Positions 30,197 through 33,135 of a stretch of DNA of 33,135 nt are shown here, one piece after another. The position numbers were made by a program, and so were the translations under genes. The notes below the pieces were generated by a model that saw only the letters and a list, made by a program, of their open reading frames with translations, did no database searches and was not told the origin of the DNA. This DNA is from a bacterium (GTDB lineage Bacteria > Patescibacteriota > Gracilibacteria > BD1-5 > UBA2023). The DNA is taken from positions 1-33,135 of the forward strand of contig JAYWGH010000016.1 in the NCBI GenBank assembly GCA_043778375.1, written 5' to 3'. Each line of letters begins with the position of its first letter. Within the stretch, counting starts at the first letter, position 1.

Positions 30197-30970
30197 ATGA
30201 CTACGAATGCTCTTTGGATTGCTTTTGCTACTATGGCTCGCCGAGAGGTGAGTCGTATTTTCCGTATCTGGACGCAGACAATTCTTCCACCAGTCATCAC
30301 TACTGCACTCTACTTCCTCGTTTTTGGAGGATTTCTCGGCTCTCGGATTGGGAGTATTGGCGGAGTGAGTTACTTTACCTTCATCGTACCTGGACTGATC
30401 ATGCTCGGAGTGATCACCAACGCGTTTAGTAATGTCTCCTCAAGCGCCTACATGGCAAAATTTCAACGCAACATCGAGGAAGTACTCGTAGCACCTGTTC
30501 CTGCCTGGATTATCGTGCTCGGGTACTCATCTGGCGGAGTGTTGCGTGGACTCATGATTGCGGGGATTATCACCGCAGTGACGAGCATATTTATGACGCT
30601 CCCCTTTGTGCATGTTGGGATCATCCTCGCGTCGATACTCCTCACCACGCTCATGTTCTCACTCATGGGACTCGTCGCAGGACTCTACTCAAAGAGCTTT
30701 GACCAGATGAACATTGTCCCAACATTTGTCCTCACTCCCCTCACCTACCTCGGTGGAGTATTTTACTCGGCAGGAAGTCTCTCAGGATGGGCGAGCACTC
30801 TCACCCACTGGAATCCGATCTATCATATCGTTGACCTCTTCCGTTACGGATTTACGGGAGTTGCGAGCGTGAACCCTCTGATCGGACTCTTAGTCCTCCT
30901 CGTCGGTACACTCGCATTTGGAGGGTGGAGCTACTGGATAGTGAGCTCGGGGAGAGGGTTGAAGGCGTAA
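30197..30970 (+). CDS. ABC-2 permease (YadH-like)
   Basis: RIWTQTILPPVIT, FIVPGLIM, LTPLTYLGGVFYS. Confidence 0.95.
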   Translation: MTTNALWIAFATMARREVSRIFRIWTQTILPPVITTALYFLVFGGFLGSRIGSIGGVSYFTFIVPGLIMLGVITNAFSNVSSSAYMAKFQRNIEEVLVAPVPAWIIVLGYSSGGVLRGLMIAGIITAVTSIFMTLPFVHVGIILASILLTTLMFSLMGLVAGLYSKSFDQMNIVPTFVLTPLTYLGGVFYSAGSLSGWASTLTHWNPIYHIVDLFRYGFTGVASVNPLIGLLVLLVGTLAFGGWSYWIVSSGRGLKA

Positions 30971-30998
30971 AAAACTTCGATGCTATAAGGTCTTAAAT

Positions 30999-31652
30999 TT
31001 ATTTTTCAAAAATAAACTGCACAATCTTCTTTGCCAATTCTAATTTCATTTTCAAAGTTGTTGGTTCTTGATAAAACTCAAAAAGTAGAACATAAAAATT
31101 AAAACTGACTTCTTTTATCTTTATGAGTCGTTGTTTTGGCGGAGGAATCCAAATTTGTTGAATATCAAAAAAGAGTTCTGTGAGGGAAAAGATTTTGTCA
31201 GTAAGTATAAGATTTGCGCTTGTTGGATCGATAATAAGAATTGTCTCAACATATTTTAAGGCATCATCAGAATCAAAACGAAATTGTTCAAATTGATATT
31301 CATCAATAGGTTTTTTACCAATATTCAAGACTTCCTTAATTTTTATCTTTAAACGATCGATTGTACCATCTCTATCAAATAAAATCTTTGCAACTGCCCA
31401 AAGTCCTGCTGCATCATCTTTATTACTTTCCCAATAATCAAAGGCTCCTTTCTCTGTAGAATAAATAATTTCAAAGGCTTGCCCACCTCGGTACTCAACG
31501 GCTCGACTGTACCCCTCAGTTAAAATCACAACTAAATCAACATCGCTATCAGAACGATTATTACCACGTGCTCAAGAGCCAAACATAATCACGCCCAAGA
31601 CATTAGTACGTTGTTTTAATTCTTTAAGAAATATTTTTGTTTGCTCGTTCAT
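30999..31652 (-). CDS. pol-beta-like nucleotidyltransferase domain protein (AT-rich)
   Basis: VLGVIMFGS(TGA)ARGNNRSDSDVDLVVI GS/DxD motif; ATG 31652. Confidence 0.8.
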
Positions 31653-31667
31653 AGCTGTTGAAATCTA

Positions 31668-31898
31668 TTACCTACACCTCCCATAATCAATACACGAATA
31701 ATTATTCATCCTCGAGTTATCTCGTTTTGTCCTATAGTAGGGAGCAACATACGTACCATTACTGCGAGTATAGCCTTTTACATATATATCATTGGGGCTT
31801 GATCTACTACTACGAGCCTCAACATATGGACTCGTGAGTACAGCTACTGAGCTCGATACAGAGAGAAATAACAAAAAAAGAGCAAGAATTTTCTTCAT
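31668..31898 (-). CDS. small secreted protein with VxGYxRxNGTYVxPxYR motif
   Basis: Signal peptide MKKILALFLLFLS; YVKGYTRSNGTYVAPYYRT. Confidence 0.75.
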   Translation of the reverse strand: MKKILALFLLFLSVSSSVAVLTSPYVEARSSRSSPNDIYVKGYTRSNGTYVAPYYRTKRDNSRMNNYSCIDYGRCR

Positions 31899-32008
31899 AA
31901 AATATGGCGCTAAAAAGAATTACTTATAGTGAGTATATCTAGCCAAGCTCAGTCCCGAAAAAGATCTCTAAAAAACTCCCCCTACTACAGGGAAGTCTAG
32001 AAATTATT

Positions 32009-32098
32009 TGGAGGAGGATAAGAGATTCGAACTCTTGGAACGATCACTCGCCCGCACCCTTTCCAAGGGTGTGCACTCGACCACTATGCGAATCCTCC
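32009..32098 (-). tRNA. tRNA-Ser(GGA)
   Basis: Acceptor stem GGAGGAT/ATCCTCC, anticodon arm CACCC-TTGGAAA-GGGTG, long variable arm, GTTCGAAT T-loop, encoded CCA. Confidence 0.96.
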
Positions 32099-32216
32099 GC
32101 ATACGAAAGTTATATGCAAAGTGAGCGTTCTTGCAAGCGAAAGTCTCACCAGAGAGACCTTCTCGGGCTTTAAATTTGGCAAATTTGCCTATAATACTGC
32201 CAACTATCTATAAATC

Positions 32217-33135
32217 GTGCGCATCTCCCATAAAATCATCCTCACTCTCCTCGCGCTCAGTGCAATCGGAGGATTTTATGTATTCGCCTGGTGAGTGACT
32301 ACCGGAGCTAATTATCAGGTACATACCCAGATACGCAGAACACTCGTAGATCACCCTGAGTTCATCCCGACAGCGAGTGCTGTGCGCCTCACGAGTGCTG
32401 GATATGACGCGCTCATCGCTGATATGTACTGGCTCGGAGCTGTGCAGTATATAGGAGCAAATGCGGTGAGTGCTGAGTACAAAAAATACCTCGGCGTCAT
32501 GCTCGGACTCATCACCGACCTATCGCCGCATTTTACCTACCCATATGAGATAGGACTCCTCCTCTTACCAGAGACCAACGATCGCTATGAGTCTCGTACT
32601 GTCATCGACAAGCAAAAAAGTATCAACGACGCTATCGCACTTGGGAAAAAGTGAATGCTCGCGAACTGTGACCCTGCAAAGCTCGAACGAATCAAGGATA
32701 GATATGATCTCACTGTCCTCTTTGCGGATGAGTCCCTCAAAAATCCATGCTCGAGCGCCATGCTCCCATACTATCTAGCGTACGCTTCGTACTGGTCCAA
32801 AAAAGATCCTCTCGAGGCGTCATACTACTATCGTATAGCAGGACTTCAAAGTGATGGACCCACTGGAGCGCGCATTATGAGCGCTATCATGCAAGGGAAG
32901 TCCGGTGATCGAGAAAAGGCTATTATCATGTTTTTATCTCTCGCCGAGACTATCGAAGGGGGCAAGCAGTCAGTCTGCCAGGATGTCACCAAACAATTGC
33001 GTGAACTCCTCGTGCCCGTTTTTGAGAAAAAACAACCACTCACTCCAGCATTTTTAAAAGAAGTCGAGCGAGTCCGCCAAGCGCTAAAATCAGAGCTCGG
33101 TGAAAAGCAGGAAGAAATAGAGAAGTGAAATATCT
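32217..33135 (+). CDS. membrane-anchored helical (TPR-like) protein, runs off the window
   Basis: GTG 32217, N-terminal TM segment, ADMYWLGAVQYIG...TDLSPHF..PY; TGA at 32292, 32652 and 33126 read through. Confidence 0.7.

Noticed and set aside
835-33135. Widespread pseudogenisation or selenocysteine suggested by the split ORFs
   Set aside because: Almost all breaks are single in-frame TGA codons at Gly-compatible positions in essential genes, so recoding explains them
1-33135. Abundant CTCGAG/GAGCTC/TCGA palindromes as a HIP-like or uptake signal
   Set aside because: Mostly explained by the preferred CTC (Leu) and GAG (Glu) codons; a codon-controlled count would be needed to claim more

Overview
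Bacterial chromosomal window that only reads sensibly with genetic code 25 (UGA=Gly). Many conserved genes are split at in-frame TGA codons that fall on conserved Gly positions, which points to Gracilibacteria/Absconditabacteria (Patescibacteria/CPR). The supplied standard-code ORF track therefore fragments or misses genes, and all coordinates below are re-called by hand with UGA=Gly. The core content is tilS, rpmH-rnpA-yidC, rpmF-nusB-rnc, an RsmF/NOL1 methyltransferase, an EarP-like rhamnosyltransferase, a photolyase-family gene with DUF2256, an archaeal-type cmk, mutY, tesA-ybbA...ybbP, an MFS transporter, yadGH-like ABC genes and tRNA-Ser(GGA). A ~7.6 kb accessory tract (18.46-26.1 kb) separates ybbA from ybbP. 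It holds four toxin-antitoxin loci (a ParE/RelE pair bracketed by 33-bp direct repeats, a decayed dinJ-yafQ, phd-relE, and an antitoxin-toxin-antitoxin AbiE triad), an M16-like peptidase and two heptad-repeat proteins. Predicted promoters repeatedly show a short 15-16 bp -35/-10 spacer, and several transcripts look leaderless. Family assignments come from motif recognition, not database searches.
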